Counted from the first letter of the stretch, positions 17,919 to 28,448 are shown. The stretch is DNA of 64,000 nucleotides from an uncultured Candidatus Babeliaceae bacterium (GCA_963704655.1 OY969927.1:480001-544000); one strand, 5' to 3'. Notes: a model not told the origin generated them from the sequence alone. Program-made: numbers and translations.

Positions 17919-17990
17919 GTTCTTCTAAATTAAATTTCATATTTAATTTGAATTAGCTGAAATTTTATGTACACTTAATGAAAATTGTAT

Positions 17991-18066
17991 CGGGGTGTGG
18001 CGCAATTGGTAGCGCACTCGCTTTGGGAGCGAGGGGTTGTCGGTTCGAGTCTGGCCACCCCGACCA
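17991..18066 (+). tRNA. tRNA-Pro(UGG)
   Basis: CGGGGTG/CACCCCG acceptor stem, anticodon TGG, encoded CCA. Confidence 0.97.
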
Positions 18067-18121
18067 TCTTGCGTTTATCCTTTAGTCCTGAGCAGGGTCG
18101 AAGGATACAGATGGCGGGCCA
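18064..18121 (+). repeat. 58-bp post-tRNA repeat, copy 2
   Basis: 53/58 identical to 17861-17918. Confidence 0.9.
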
Positions 18122-18145
18122 TCTTTAACAAGTTCGCATAAAACT

Positions 18146-18201
18146 GCCGCTCGTGGTGAGCGTAGTCAAAACAGTGCGCTTCGCACCATCCATGCGGCCG
18201 A
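18146..18201 (+). repeat. REP-like repeat interrupted by a ~20-bp mini-palindrome
   Basis: Matches 63877-63914 apart from an insert, aaaacagtgcgcttcgcacc. Confidence 0.85.
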
Positions 18202-18215
18202 AAAAAGTGTAGTAC

Positions 18216-19151
18216 ATGAAGACAAAATTCTTTTCAATTTTCTTATTCTTCTCTTTATCCCTTTCAGCGTCGCCATTAGCAACGCAAGATTCAACAATCG
18301 ATTATGAACCACAAGCACAGCAGTGGGCAGAAAAAGTAATAAATCGCGTTGATCGCTATTTCTTAACTGATTTACTTGAATTATTACATGCGTCATACAT
18401 GCGTTCATATACGACACTTATCGTGCAGCGTGAGTATGCAGAGCTTTTTAGCCGCGTTGGTTCAGGCTGGAATCATATTATCAGCACACGCCTTGATCCA
18501 AGTAAAGACAGCACATTTGATACTTCAGTAATCAGTATAGATAAAAAGTTTATCCAGCAACTAGAAACATTTCAAAAAAATTGTGCTGCACAAAATGAAT
18601 ATATCCAGCTTGTTAATCGTTTAGCAGATGATACGCATGGAGATTATCCTGGCAAAAATCAACACAACCAAGATTATAGACCCTGCAGACTACTTATTGA
18701 CGAACTACGCGAAAATGCACGCACTGTTGTTGCTGAATCACTTATCGCGGTAATGGATGAAATTCAACAGGAGATTCAAAAAGCTCAACAAGCTATCAGC
18801 CAAGCTGCAGAGCTTTTTAAAAATGAAGGACAACTAAAAAGCGCTGGATTTTCAAATCGCTCTATAACTGAACTTTTGTGGTACTACGCGCCACAACTCA
18901 TGGTTAAATCGTTTGTTAATTTTGATAAGGGGTACACTACTGCAAGTAAGCAGTGCCTTGACGCGTATCTTGAAAGCCAACAGATCGGTAACGAAATTTG
19001 GTGCAGAATAGAAATTGCACGTGCATCATTTTATGCGGCACACTATAATGCACTTTATACGCTGGTTAAGAAAAGATTACCACAAATACTCCGCACGCAG
19101 CACCCATCAATACTCTTACAACAACTTACTGATTATACATGCTCAACTTAG
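18216..19151 (+). CDS. Secreted hypothetical protein
   Basis: Signal peptide, 311 aa, overlaps the rodA start. Confidence 0.75.
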   Translation: MKTKFFSIFLFFSLSLSASPLATQDSTIDYEPQAQQWAEKVINRVDRYFLTDLLELLHASYMRSYTTLIVQREYAELFSRVGSGWNHIISTRLDPSKDSTFDTSVISIDKKFIQQLETFQKNCAAQNEYIQLVNRLADDTHGDYPGKNQHNQDYRPCRLLIDELRENARTVVAESLIAVMDEIQQEIQKAQQAISQAAELFKNEGQLKSAGFSNRSITELLWYYAPQLMVKSFVNFDKGYTTASKQCLDAYLESQQIGNEIWCRIEIARASFYAAHYNALYTLVKKRLPQILRTQHPSILLQQLTDYTCST

Positions 19152-20230
19152 ATCGCCGCTACTTACGTTTTTTTGATTGGTACAGTCTTTTTATTACACT
19201 TACACTTACGGCAATTGGCCTTGCTGTGGTTTTATCAGCTACGTATACCTCAGAAGAACCCTATTCATTATTTTTTAAAAAGCAGGTCTTTGGGGTACTT
19301 TCTGGTTTAGTATTATATGCCCTTTTTTGCAGTGCAGACTATCGCATCCTTACCCGCTGGGGATTTTTTATTTATTTTGGTGTTATTGGGCTTTTACTCT
19401 TTACTATGATTAAAGGTTCCATCGGCATGGGCGCACAGCGCTGGATAAATATCGGCTTTATTAAATTTCAACCATCTGAATTGGCAAAACTTTTTTTTCC
19501 TGCATTTTTTGTTTACTATCTTATTTCTGAAAAAAAAAATTTAAAAACTGTGTTCGATTTTTTGCCCATAATTTTGACACTTGGCGTAAGCGCATTATTA
19601 ATTCTTAAGCAACCTGATTTAGGAACCGCGGTTATTATTCTTTTTACCGGTGCAATATTGTTATATATGGCAGGGCTGCCACGCAACTTTTTTATTATGA
19701 TTTTTTGTATCGCGGCTGTTTCAGGGCCCGTTTTATGGCACTTTTTAAAACCCTATCAACGTCAACGTATATTAACCTTTTTAGGCGAGGGCGACCCGCG
19801 CAAAGAACGGTACCAAATTGAACAGTCATGTATTGCAATTGGCTCTGGCGGACTCACAGGAAAAGGATATTTACATGGCACACAAAACAGATTACGTTTT
19901 CTGCCAGAAGGACGAACCGATTTTATCTTTTCGGTATTATGTGAAGAGTTTGGTTTTATTGGTGCACTATTTACTATTGCACTGTATTGCTTATTATTCT
20001 ATCGCTTTTTATTATTACTTTTTTCACTTGAACAGGGGCTCACGCAACTTCTTGCTATGGGGCTCATGAGCCATATAATATTCTCTACCGTTGTTAATAT
20101 CTCTATGGTGCTTGGCCTATTACCTATTGTCGGAATCCCGTTACCATTAATGAGCTACGGCATTACTCATTCATGGATAACCTTTGCATCACTTGGCTGG
20201 CTTAATGGCATCGCCGCACGAAGATTTTAA
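19139..20230 (+). CDS. rodA: Rod shape-determining protein RodA (SEDS family)
   Basis: GAQRWI, FQPSELAK, QPDLGT, AIGSGG, LPEGRTDFIF, GIPLPLMSYG. Confidence 0.95.
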   Translation: MLNLDRRYLRFFDWYSLFITLTLTAIGLAVVLSATYTSEEPYSLFFKKQVFGVLSGLVLYALFCSADYRILTRWGFFIYFGVIGLLLFTMIKGSIGMGAQRWINIGFIKFQPSELAKLFFPAFFVYYLISEKKNLKTVFDFLPIILTLGVSALLILKQPDLGTAVIILFTGAILLYMAGLPRNFFIMIFCIAAVSGPVLWHFLKPYQRQRILTFLGEGDPRKERYQIEQSCIAIGSGGLTGKGYLHGTQNRLRFLPEGRTDFIFSVLCEEFGFIGALFTIALYCLLFYRFLLLLFSLEQGLTQLLAMGLMSHIIFSTVVNISMVLGLLPIVGIPLPLMSYGITHSWITFASLGWLNGIAARRF

Positions 20231-20304
20231 AAATAGAAAAAATTAAAGTTATTTTATATTATAAAGTGTCATCTTATTTCAGATTCTAAACACAAGGCTT
20301 TTTC

Positions 20305-20850
20305 ATGAAAAAAATATTAGCATTAGTACTCACCTCTTGTTCATCGCATTGCATGAGTACTGAATTAGAAATATCAAATGAGCACTTTAAACTCGAAACA
20401 AAAATAGCCGAACTTCTTGATAATCAGGATGTTAAAGATGAGCTATCTAGTAAATCAGATTATCTGACATATCTTAGTCTTTTTACTGAAATGCCAGAGA
20501 TAGCTAACGATGATCTATATGAAATAATTGGGGAAAGGCTGCCCCTCATTAAAGACATAGCTTCAATAATTGAAGATTATGCTCAATGGAATCTTGTTTA
20601 TACTCTGAATCTGCAGAATGAAACCGCGTTATTAGAAATGGATGAAAAAATTCAATTGTTTTCTTTGCCAGTTGAAACTCCACCTCAAGAAAGAATACAG
20701 CTCTCAAAAGCTTATTTTGAAGCTTATTTTAAAAAAATTGAGCAGAGCAGCGGTGAAGATTTAATGAAAATGAAATATTCCGCTGTTAAAAAGTCTGCAA
20801 GTGCCATTCTTAATGCATTAGTCGCTCAGGGGGTAATTTCTAAAAAATAA
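20305..20850 (+). CDS. Secreted hypothetical protein
   Basis: MKKILALVL N-terminus, 181 aa. Confidence 0.7.
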   Translation: MKKILALVLTSCSSHCMSTELEISNEHFKLETKIAELLDNQDVKDELSSKSDYLTYLSLFTEMPEIANDDLYEIIGERLPLIKDIASIIEDYAQWNLVYTLNLQNETALLEMDEKIQLFSLPVETPPQERIQLSKAYFEAYFKKIEQSSGEDLMKMKYSAVKKSASAILNALVAQGVISKK

Positions 20851-20851
20851 C

Positions 20852-20887
20852 AAAAAGAGTGTGTTATGTTGTAACACACTCTTTTTT
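20852..20887. terminator. Terminator (duplicated at 22015-22053)
   Basis: aaaaagagtgtgtta/taacacactcttttt. Confidence 0.8.
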
Positions 20888-20899
20888 AAATGTTGCATA

Positions 20900-20930
20900 G
20901 CTTAATGGCATCGCCGCCCGAAGATTTTAA
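20900..20930 (+). repeat. 31-bp direct repeat of the rodA 3' end
   Basis: 30/31 identical to 20200-20230. Confidence 0.9.
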
Positions 20931-21005
20931 GCTCCGCTCTTTAGTATAGTTGTTTTTAGAAATCCACGTTTGTTATGCTCATAAAAACAAATTGGGAGTG
21001 TTTCT

Positions 21006-22013
21006 ATGAATCACGAATTTTCTGAAACTATTATCGAACTCATTATTACATGTGTTATTGCACTAGGCGCGTTACTCTATATATATTATTTTAAGCCAGA
21101 CTTTTTTCAAAAAATCAAACAGGGTTTTAGCTCATTTTTAACAACATTGCATTTTGCAAAAGAACATAAAGCAATCTGGTTTTTTGCTCTTTTAAAGACA
21201 TCGATTTGGATAGCACTACTCATATTTTTTGCGATGCTCAAAAAATATAATCTTATTTCAATCGATCTATTTTCAGAATCTTCAAGGCATGCACCGCATG
21301 CCGCATCCCAACCAATTGGGGCCATAGTTAAAGAACTTCTTTTTGTAATGATCACCTTTATGGGCGCTGGGTATCTTACTCACCTTATCGATTTGAGCGC
21401 AATTTCTTACATTTTAAATCTTTTAAACAAACAGGAAGCAAGTATTTCAAACTCATTTTCCAATGCATTTTCACGCGCATGGCTTGTTTTAAAATTCTTT
21501 TTAGTTGATTATCTTATCGCCATTATTACACGCAATAAAAAAGCTGAGTCTTCACGATTTAGCATCGTAAACGCTATCTTAAAGTCTATTATGGGCCTTG
21601 CTTGGTCACTTGCTACGTATTTTATTATGCCTGTTATGGCTGAAGAAAAATTAACACTAAAACAAAGCATTAAAGAGTCAGCTGAAATCATGAAAAGTCA
21701 CTTTGGTAATGTTGTAGGCTTTCAAATTGGAACAGGTTTTCTATTTCTGCCCGCATTTTTCATACTACTGCTTATCGTCCTGTTTGGTGGTATAGTAGCA
21801 CTCATTCAAGGTACAGGAAGAATAACCACCCCGATAATTCTGCATATTATTCTAGTAATGGCCATAGTCGCAATAATATTCCTTTCAATTGCCCTTGTAA
21901 CAAGCATGGTCATTACGTGGATATTCATCTGCGCTGCGTATAACTTTGCACGCGGCAGAAAAACAGGCCCATTTGATGAACATTTTATCACAGCTGCAAT
22001 CGAAAAAAAATAA
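21006..22013 (+). CDS. Multi-pass membrane protein (DUF6159-like)
   Basis: About 7 hydrophobic segments; WSLATYFIMPVMAEE..SIKESA pattern. Confidence 0.7.
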   Translation: MNHEFSETIIELIITCVIALGALLYIYYFKPDFFQKIKQGFSSFLTTLHFAKEHKAIWFFALLKTSIWIALLIFFAMLKKYNLISIDLFSESSRHAPHAASQPIGAIVKELLFVMITFMGAGYLTHLIDLSAISYILNLLNKQEASISNSFSNAFSRAWLVLKFFLVDYLIAIITRNKKAESSRFSIVNAILKSIMGLAWSLATYFIMPVMAEEKLTLKQSIKESAEIMKSHFGNVVGFQIGTGFLFLPAFFILLLIVLFGGIVALIQGTGRITTPIILHIILVMAIVAIIFLSIALVTSMVITWIFICAAYNFARGRKTGPFDEHFITAAIEKK

Positions 22014-22014
22014 C

Positions 22015-22053
22015 AAAAAAAGAGTGTGTTATATTGTAACACACTCTTTTTTT
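22015..22053. terminator. Bidirectional terminator
   Basis: Long stem with A/T tails between convergent genes. Confidence 0.8.
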
Positions 22054-22068
22054 AAATAACTCTCTTAC

Positions 22069-22923
22069 TTAGAGCACACCGAGGGCTTCAAGCTGTCTAC
22101 GTATCTCTTTATAATTTTTGTCTTTTACGTGCAAACCGATCATCCCAAGTTTACGTGCTGCTACAACGTTTTCAAGTTGATCATCAATAAACACACACTC
22201 ACTTGGATCAAAACCGTGTAAGTTAATAATATATAAATAAGCTTGTGGATGTGGCTTATTATACCTAATAAGTGCTGACGCAATCATATCATTTGTATCA
22301 ATAACCTGTTTGAGCGCATGCCCCATTTGTGAATTCTTAAGATCTGCAAAACAAAGTGCATCGATATTAGAAAGTAAAAATTGGCGATGTTTGCCCCCAG
22401 CTTTTATATCTTGGGCCATTTTAAGCATCTGCTTAATCGGTTTTTTATGCTTATTTAAGCGTTTTGGCTGAAAAAACATACAGATAATCAGATTACGGAT
22501 AACACGATATTCGCGGCTATTTTTAAAAAAACCGGTACAATAAAGCTGCTTTAATGCCCCCATAATAAATGGTTTTTCAGCTACAGGGTCAAATCTGCCA
22601 TCCATCCAACGGCACATAAGTTCTGGTAGCTGCTCTAAATCGTTATTAAGCACCACGTGGCCATCAACAGGTTGTTGCGTTCCGCTGATCGCTACAAGCG
22701 TTTGGTGAAGGCGCTTTTCATGGCTTATGTATGCAGGTTTATCAAAAAGATGATAAAATACTGCATCAAAAAATCCTATCTCCTGGGCAACGCCTACGTG
22801 ATCAATCTTGGAAAGGACCCCGTGCAGATCATAAATTACGGCTTTAATAACGGCATTAAGAACACTCTGTGACAAGGCAAAAGCCATTAAAATGGTATAA
22901 TAACCCAATTTTCTTATATTCAC
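22069..22923 (-). CDS. HAD-superfamily hydrolase with an N-terminal signal peptide
   Basis: IYDLHGVL motif I, LLSN, KPHP, FIDD..ENV.AA..LG. Confidence 0.8.
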   Translation of the reverse strand: MNIRKLGYYTILMAFALSQSVLNAVIKAVIYDLHGVLSKIDHVGVAQEIGFFDAVFYHLFDKPAYISHEKRLHQTLVAISGTQQPVDGHVVLNNDLEQLPELMCRWMDGRFDPVAEKPFIMGALKQLYCTGFFKNSREYRVIRNLIICMFFQPKRLNKHKKPIKQMLKMAQDIKAGGKHRQFLLSNIDALCFADLKNSQMGHALKQVIDTNDMIASALIRYNKPHPQAYLYIINLHGFDPSECVFIDDQLENVVAARKLGMIGLHVKDKNYKEIRRQLEALGVL

Positions 22924-23076
22924 GATAACCCCGAATAATTATTATTTTTTATTTAAATTATGCTATTAATTATATCTGAATACAATTTATTGTCAATTTG
23001 AATATCCGCCAATAAAATTTAAAAAATACGCTCTCAATGCTTGTATTAAAAAGCCATATGTCTTACGCTTATAACT

Positions 23077-24096
23077 ATGGAAAACTTTGATAAACCGCTT
23101 ATGACATTGGCGCTGCATGAAGCGCCAGAAGAGACATCCTACGATTTTCATCCAAAAACATTTGATGATTATCTAGGGCAAAAAGAGCTGAAGACAAAAC
23201 TACAGCTTTATTGTCATGCTGCAAAATTACGTAATGAGCCCCTCGATCATCTGCTTCTTTTTGGGCCTCCCGGCCTGGGTAAAACCACCCTTGCATTAAT
23301 AATGTCACATGTTATGAATGTGGGCATTAAAATCTGTAATGGCCCGATGCTTGAACGCACGGGCGACATGGTTTCATTATTAAGCTCACTTGAGCCACGC
23401 GATATTCTTTTTATCGATGAAATTCACCGTATGCCCACAGCAGTAGAAGAAGTTTTATATAACGCTATGGAACATTTTCGTGTTGATGTTATAGTCGGCC
23501 AAGGGCCCGGTGCAAAATCTATTAATCTTCCCATTCACCCTTTTACGCTTATCGGCGCAACCACCAAAAGCGGCATGCTTTCTGCGCCATTACAAAGCAG
23601 ATTCGGCATTAACGAACGGTTAGATTACTATTCTGACGAAGATCTACAAGCGATCATTTTACAAAGCGCCAAGTATTTAGACCTCAAACTCTCGCCTGAA
23701 TCAGCACTTACCATTGCAGGCTGCGCACGCGGCACGCCACGCATTGCAAAAAAACTATTGCGTAGGGTACGTGATTTTGCACAGATTCATAACAAAAACC
23801 ATGCTACAGACCTACTTGTTGAAGAATCACTCAGATTTTTAGGCATCGATACCCAAGGGCTCACCAAACTTGATCACAAGATTATTAACACTCTTTTAGA
23901 TAATAACGGCGGACCATTGGGCCTTGAAACACTGGCGTCACTTGTTGGCGAAGACAGCCAAACCATAGAAGAAGTCTATGAGCCCTTTTTAATGCGAAAA
24001 GGCTACCTTGAACGCACCCCCCGCGGCCGGCAAATCCCCAACAAAAAATTCCAAAGCTTAATTATCCAGAAAACTGGCCAAAACAGCCTATTTTGA
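23077..24096 (+). CDS. ruvB: Holliday junction branch migration helicase RuvB
   Basis: GPPGLGKTTLA, FIDEIHR, IGATT, RGTPRIA, YEPFL, RTPRGR. Confidence 0.97.
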   Translation: MENFDKPLMTLALHEAPEETSYDFHPKTFDDYLGQKELKTKLQLYCHAAKLRNEPLDHLLLFGPPGLGKTTLALIMSHVMNVGIKICNGPMLERTGDMVSLLSSLEPRDILFIDEIHRMPTAVEEVLYNAMEHFRVDVIVGQGPGAKSINLPIHPFTLIGATTKSGMLSAPLQSRFGINERLDYYSDEDLQAIILQSAKYLDLKLSPESALTIAGCARGTPRIAKKLLRRVRDFAQIHNKNHATDLLVEESLRFLGIDTQGLTKLDHKIINTLLDNNGGPLGLETLASLVGEDSQTIEEVYEPFLMRKGYLERTPRGRQIPNKKFQSLIIQKTGQNSLF

Positions 24097-24127
24097 CGAT
24101 ATACTCTAAATAGAGTACTATGAGTAT

Positions 24128-25903
24128 ATGATTACACTTTCTAAAATTTGTTTACAATTCGGTTCCCGTACTATCTTTGATGAACTTTCAGCTACCCTGC
24201 AAGATGATGACCGCATAGGTCTAGTCGGCAGAAACGGCTATGGCAAGTCAACGCTGCTTAAAGTTATTGCAAAACAGCAAGATATCAATAGCGGCACTAT
24301 TTCAATTGTCAGCGGCAAGCGCGTTGCTTACTTAAGCCAAGAGATAGTCCTTAATTCAGATAAGCCTGCCTTAGAACATGTTGTTGATGGCGCATTACAA
24401 GAATGTGAACATCTTTATTCGTCACCAGCGGCTATTCGAGCAGAAGCAGATAAGATCTTACGTGGCCTTGGGCTCACTGAAGCTATGCTTGTTGCACCGG
24501 TTAATACCCTGAGTGGTGGCTGGAAAATGCGTATACTTTTGGCACAGCTTTTGGTACTCAAAGCAGATTTTTATCTTTTTGATGAACCTACAAACCATCT
24601 TGATATCGTTGCGAAAGATTGGTTTTTAAACTTTATTAGACGATCAGATTCCGGTTTTTTATTAGTGTGTCACGAAAAATACTTCTTAAATTCATTATGT
24701 AAAAAGATTTTAGCGCTTGATACCCCACAAGGTAAATTTTACCAAGGCAACTATGACGCCTATTGTGCACGGTATGAAGCTGATTTAATTGCTATAGAAG
24801 CTGCATACGTACAGCAACAAAAGATGATTAAACAGAAAAAAGAGACGATTGCCCGCTTTGGTGCATCTGCAGCACGTGCAACACAGGCTCAGAGTATGAA
24901 AAAAGAGCTTGAAAAACTAACATTAGTTGTTCCACCACCTAAACCACCTACGATGAACATCCCATTACCAGAGATTAAACCCTGTGGGAACAATGTGCTT
25001 ACCGTTACAGATTTAAGTGCTGGCTACGATAATAAAACTATTTTTTCTGGACTCGATTTTGCACTCAAACGTAGTGAAAAAATCGCTATTATTGCACCTA
25101 ATGGTGTGGGTAAAACCACCCTTTTGCATACTCTAGCAGGTAGCGTTCAAAAATCTACAGGTACGATTGAATATGGCAGCTCTGTATCCACAACACTCTT
25201 TTATCAAGAGCAGGCGCTTGTACTTAATCCTAACCTCACCGTATGGGAAGAAGTTACTCAAAGTGGTGCTGAAACCGTGCATTTTACCGACGGACAAATT
25301 CGCTCTATGCTTGGATCGTTTCTGTTCTCTAATGACGATATTCATAAAAAGATTTCATTTTTAAGCGGTGGCGAAAAAAGCCGCGTCGGTATGATCAAAG
25401 TGCTCTTACAAAGAACTAATCTTTTGCTACTTGATGAACCGACTAACCATTTAGATATCCCTTCTAAAGAAATATTGCTGAAAACATTAAAAAAATATAC
25501 CGGTACCATTCTTTTTGTTTCGCATGATCATGATTTTGTTAATGAACTTGCAACATCAATTATTGAATTAACGCCGACATCGGCGCTCATTTATCCAGGT
25601 AACTATGATTCGTATCTTCAACAAAAAGATTATCAAAACAGCCAATCTGGAAACGCTGAATACCGCAGTGCAAAAACAGAAGCGGCTCCTGAAAAACGCG
25701 TTGTATCATTTTTTGAACAAAAGCAGATCAGAAAATTGGAACAGGCTATCGATAGATTAGGCAAAGAGCGCATTAAGCTCACTGCTGAACTTGAAAATCT
25801 CACCTATGGCACGCCAGAATTTAAAACTCGCTATGATCGACTCCAGAAGATCGACAAAGAAGAGCCTGAGCTTGTTGCTGAGTGGGAAAAATTCCAAAAT
25901 TAG
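24128..25903 (+). CDS. ABC-F family ATPase
   Basis: Two ABC domains (GRNGYGKST/LSGGW; APNGVGKTT/LSGGE), DEPTNHLD twice, no TM segments. Confidence 0.93.
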   Translation: MITLSKICLQFGSRTIFDELSATLQDDDRIGLVGRNGYGKSTLLKVIAKQQDINSGTISIVSGKRVAYLSQEIVLNSDKPALEHVVDGALQECEHLYSSPAAIRAEADKILRGLGLTEAMLVAPVNTLSGGWKMRILLAQLLVLKADFYLFDEPTNHLDIVAKDWFLNFIRRSDSGFLLVCHEKYFLNSLCKKILALDTPQGKFYQGNYDAYCARYEADLIAIEAAYVQQQKMIKQKKETIARFGASAARATQAQSMKKELEKLTLVVPPPKPPTMNIPLPEIKPCGNNVLTVTDLSAGYDNKTIFSGLDFALKRSEKIAIIAPNGVGKTTLLHTLAGSVQKSTGTIEYGSSVSTTLFYQEQALVLNPNLTVWEEVTQSGAETVHFTDGQIRSMLGSFLFSNDDIHKKISFLSGGEKSRVGMIKVLLQRTNLLLLDEPTNHLDIPSKEILLKTLKKYTGTILFVSHDHDFVNELATSIIELTPTSALIYPGNYDSYLQQKDYQNSQSGNAEYRSAKTEAAPEKRVVSFFEQKQIRKLEQAIDRLGKERIKLTAELENLTYGTPEFKTRYDRLQKIDKEEPELVAEWEKFQN

Positions 25904-25978
25904 CGTATCTTGAACTTATCTATTCTTTTTTGATACTCTCGTAAGTAATTATTAATAAAAAAATACTACAGGAATATC

Positions 25979-26863
25979 ATGAAACTATTTAATATTTTAG
26001 CACTCACAACACTCTTATTTAGTATTTGTCTTTATGCAGAAACTGACGAATCAAAAGCAATAGTTTCTTATATTCAGACTCATATAAAAGCATCTGCAAC
26101 CCCACTGCCTGATAAATTAAAAAACCGTGCAAATGACATAAATCTGTTGGAAAATTTTGTAAAGACTTCAACACTCTCTCTTGATAAAATACCAGATGAA
26201 ATTCTTAAAAAATGCAAAGATCTTGTCTTTCGCGAATCGCTTCTTGCACTTGTTCAACTTTTAAAAATAAAAATAGCTTCAGATGACAAAACAATTGAAA
26301 CGATTATTCAAAAGTTTAAAGAGCAAGATGTTTATAAATATCTTTCAGCAAAAATAGATCTTATGCTTTCAAACAATGACGCCTTTAATGCGGCAATCAA
26401 AAGCGCATCACAGGAAGTAAAAGATTTTGTATTACTAGAACTTCTCCTTAATACCGCTTCACAATTTGGTACAACCAAAGATTACCAAAAAACTGACGCC
26501 TTTAAAAAGAATGAAGCCTTTATTAAACTTACTATCGATGCGGGTGCAAAAATCAATGACGTTCTTAATAAACTTCAGGGGCTTGGTCTTTCTGCAAGCG
26601 AACAAGAAACATTTATCAATTCACTTTTAGCGCCACATTTTGATTACATAGAATTTTTAATAAAAAATGGCCTTGATAAAAATCTTTCTCTTCCTGCAGT
26701 AGGTACACAAAAAAAGCGCAGCTTGGTTGAATTTTATGAAGATCAGCTCAAAACAGCCACAGAAAAACTTGAAAAAGTCGTTTCTACAGAGTTAAAAAAT
26801 ACACAAAGCGAATCCCAAAAAATAATTGCGCTTTTAAAGCCCGCTCCTGCACAAAAAGCATAG
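25979..26863 (+). CDS. Secreted hypothetical protein, possibly with degenerate ankyrin-like repeats
   Basis: Signal peptide; LTIDAGAKIN and FLIKNGLDKN. Confidence 0.65.
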   Translation: MKLFNILALTTLLFSICLYAETDESKAIVSYIQTHIKASATPLPDKLKNRANDINLLENFVKTSTLSLDKIPDEILKKCKDLVFRESLLALVQLLKIKIASDDKTIETIIQKFKEQDVYKYLSAKIDLMLSNNDAFNAAIKSASQEVKDFVLLELLLNTASQFGTTKDYQKTDAFKKNEAFIKLTIDAGAKINDVLNKLQGLGLSASEQETFINSLLAPHFDYIEFLIKNGLDKNLSLPAVGTQKKRSLVEFYEDQLKTATEKLEKVVSTELKNTQSESQKIIALLKPAPAQKA

Positions 26864-26878
26864 CAGAGCATTGTATAT

Positions 26879-27649
26879 TTACACGGCATGTGTAGAAGCT
26901 TCTTCAAGATTCTGTACTTGCAATTCAATATAATTTTTAATGGCAAGATCACTACAAGAAGGCCAACATGTTTTTTTATTTAAATCTTCTGCAACTGCTT
27001 GAAGATCTTCTTTTGACAAATGCTCTATTGCAAAATAAGTGGCATCATTTTTAAATTTACCCTTTTTTGTTAGATTCACTGCGACACCATACAGATCTAA
27101 AAGTCGACCGCCAATAGCAAATGTCCCAGCAACCCCAAAGCCCAACAACCCAATTCCTGCTTTAAAACTATTTTTACGATGCTCGTCATCATAGGTAAAG
27201 GCACCATCAATAAGATACCCTGCACCAACCACAGCAGTAATAGCACATGCTCCAAGCAAAGCCCATCCAATCTTTTTTTGCGTCGGGCGCACAAGGCGCG
27301 GCTTGGTGGTAACCCAAGTAAATGGCTCATCTTTTTTAATTTCTCTGCCAAATGCTTTTGCTATATCATACCTAATTAATGCGGTTAAACCATTCTGATC
27401 AACATCATCATTTAATTTAGAAGAAACAAATATTTTCCTATTTTCTAAATCAACCACAGGGTTTGAAACAGATTCATCAAGCTCAATAGCAAAATCTTCA
27501 TCATAATTTAGCTTTCTAACAACTTCTTGTTGAATCGCATTCCAGCGTGCAGATGCGCTATTCAAAGTGGTTAAAGGTATATTTTCGCTTGCTTGTAATG
27601 ACACAAAAGTCAAAAATGTTAGCATAAAAATCTGTTTTTTCATAATCAT
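26879..27649 (-). CDS. Secreted/membrane hypothetical protein (start re-called to MIMKKQ)
   Basis: AAGGA RBS; signal peptide plus two TM helices; paralog of 28517..29371. Confidence 0.7.
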   Translation of the reverse strand: MIMKKQIFMLTFLTFVSLQASENIPLTTLNSASARWNAIQQEVVRKLNYDEDFAIELDESVSNPVVDLENRKIFVSSKLNDDVDQNGLTALIRYDIAKAFGREIKKDEPFTWVTTKPRLVRPTQKKIGWALLGACAITAVVGAGYLIDGAFTYDDEHRKNSFKAGIGLLGFGVAGTFAIGGRLLDLYGVAVNLTKKGKFKNDATYFAIEHLSKEDLQAVAEDLNKKTCWPSCSDLAIKNYIELQVQNLEEASTHAV

Positions 27650-27674
27650 CGTAATCCTTGTTTTTTTAAAATGG

Positions 27675-28448
27675 TTAGCCATGTTGCAATTTAAGAATAA
27701 CTTCATCAGAGTATCTGTCACAAAGCACAGGAATAGCTTCGCCTAAAGTCTTTATATCATCGGCAGTAAGATGTTTACACGCATCAAAAGCACATTCTAT
27801 CTGCTCACGTTCTCCTGAAGAGCGGTACCAACGCATGCCATAACTCTTTGCGAACTTTGAAAGGCCATCAAAAAGAAGCATACCCGAGGCGCAACTAAAA
27901 AATAAGGGTATCCAACCGGTATTAATCTGATCAGTACTTTCATCATTCTTATTGGGGTCAGGCATATATTGCTGAGCAACTGCAAGTGACAATAGCCCAC
28001 CAGATACAAGCAGTCTGAGCATTGCCAGTATCTTGTTACTCTTGCTTGATACTTCTGGGTGCCAGCCACAGGGCCAAAAACAACTAGAACGACTAGAATA
28101 GGTAGCCCTAAAATAAGCTCTTGCAAGATTAAATTTTTCAAAGGGGTCTAATTGCTCTGTACGACCAACTTGATGCATATAGTCATTAAACCACGGCGCA
28201 ACATGAAGATTAAACGTTTGCGCACCCCTATCTAATGTGATTGTTAAGGGCGCCACACTATAATTTTCTGACCTGAGTACTTCAATGGCTCCAAAATTAA
28301 AGTTGTTGCCATCGATTTGATTAATAAATGTTTGTATATTCCCCGTGCGTGATCCCCCATGCAAGATATCCATCTGAACTGTATTTTCACCAGCACCGAG
28401 CCTACAAACAAAGAGAGTAATAAAAAGTACCTGTAATGCATGCTTCAT
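27675..28448 (-). CDS. Secreted/membrane hypothetical protein
   Basis: Signal peptide plus two TM helices; same layout as its neighbours. Confidence 0.7.
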   Translation of the reverse strand: MKHALQVLFITLFVCRLGAGENTVQMDILHGGSRTGNIQTFINQIDGNNFNFGAIEVLRSENYSVAPLTITLDRGAQTFNLHVAPWFNDYMHQVGRTEQLDPFEKFNLARAYFRATYSSRSSCFWPCGWHPEVSSKSNKILAMLRLLVSGGLLSLAVAQQYMPDPNKNDESTDQINTGWIPLFFSCASGMLLFDGLSKFAKSYGMRWYRSSGEREQIECAFDACKHLTADDIKTLGEAIPVLCDRYSDEVILKLQHG

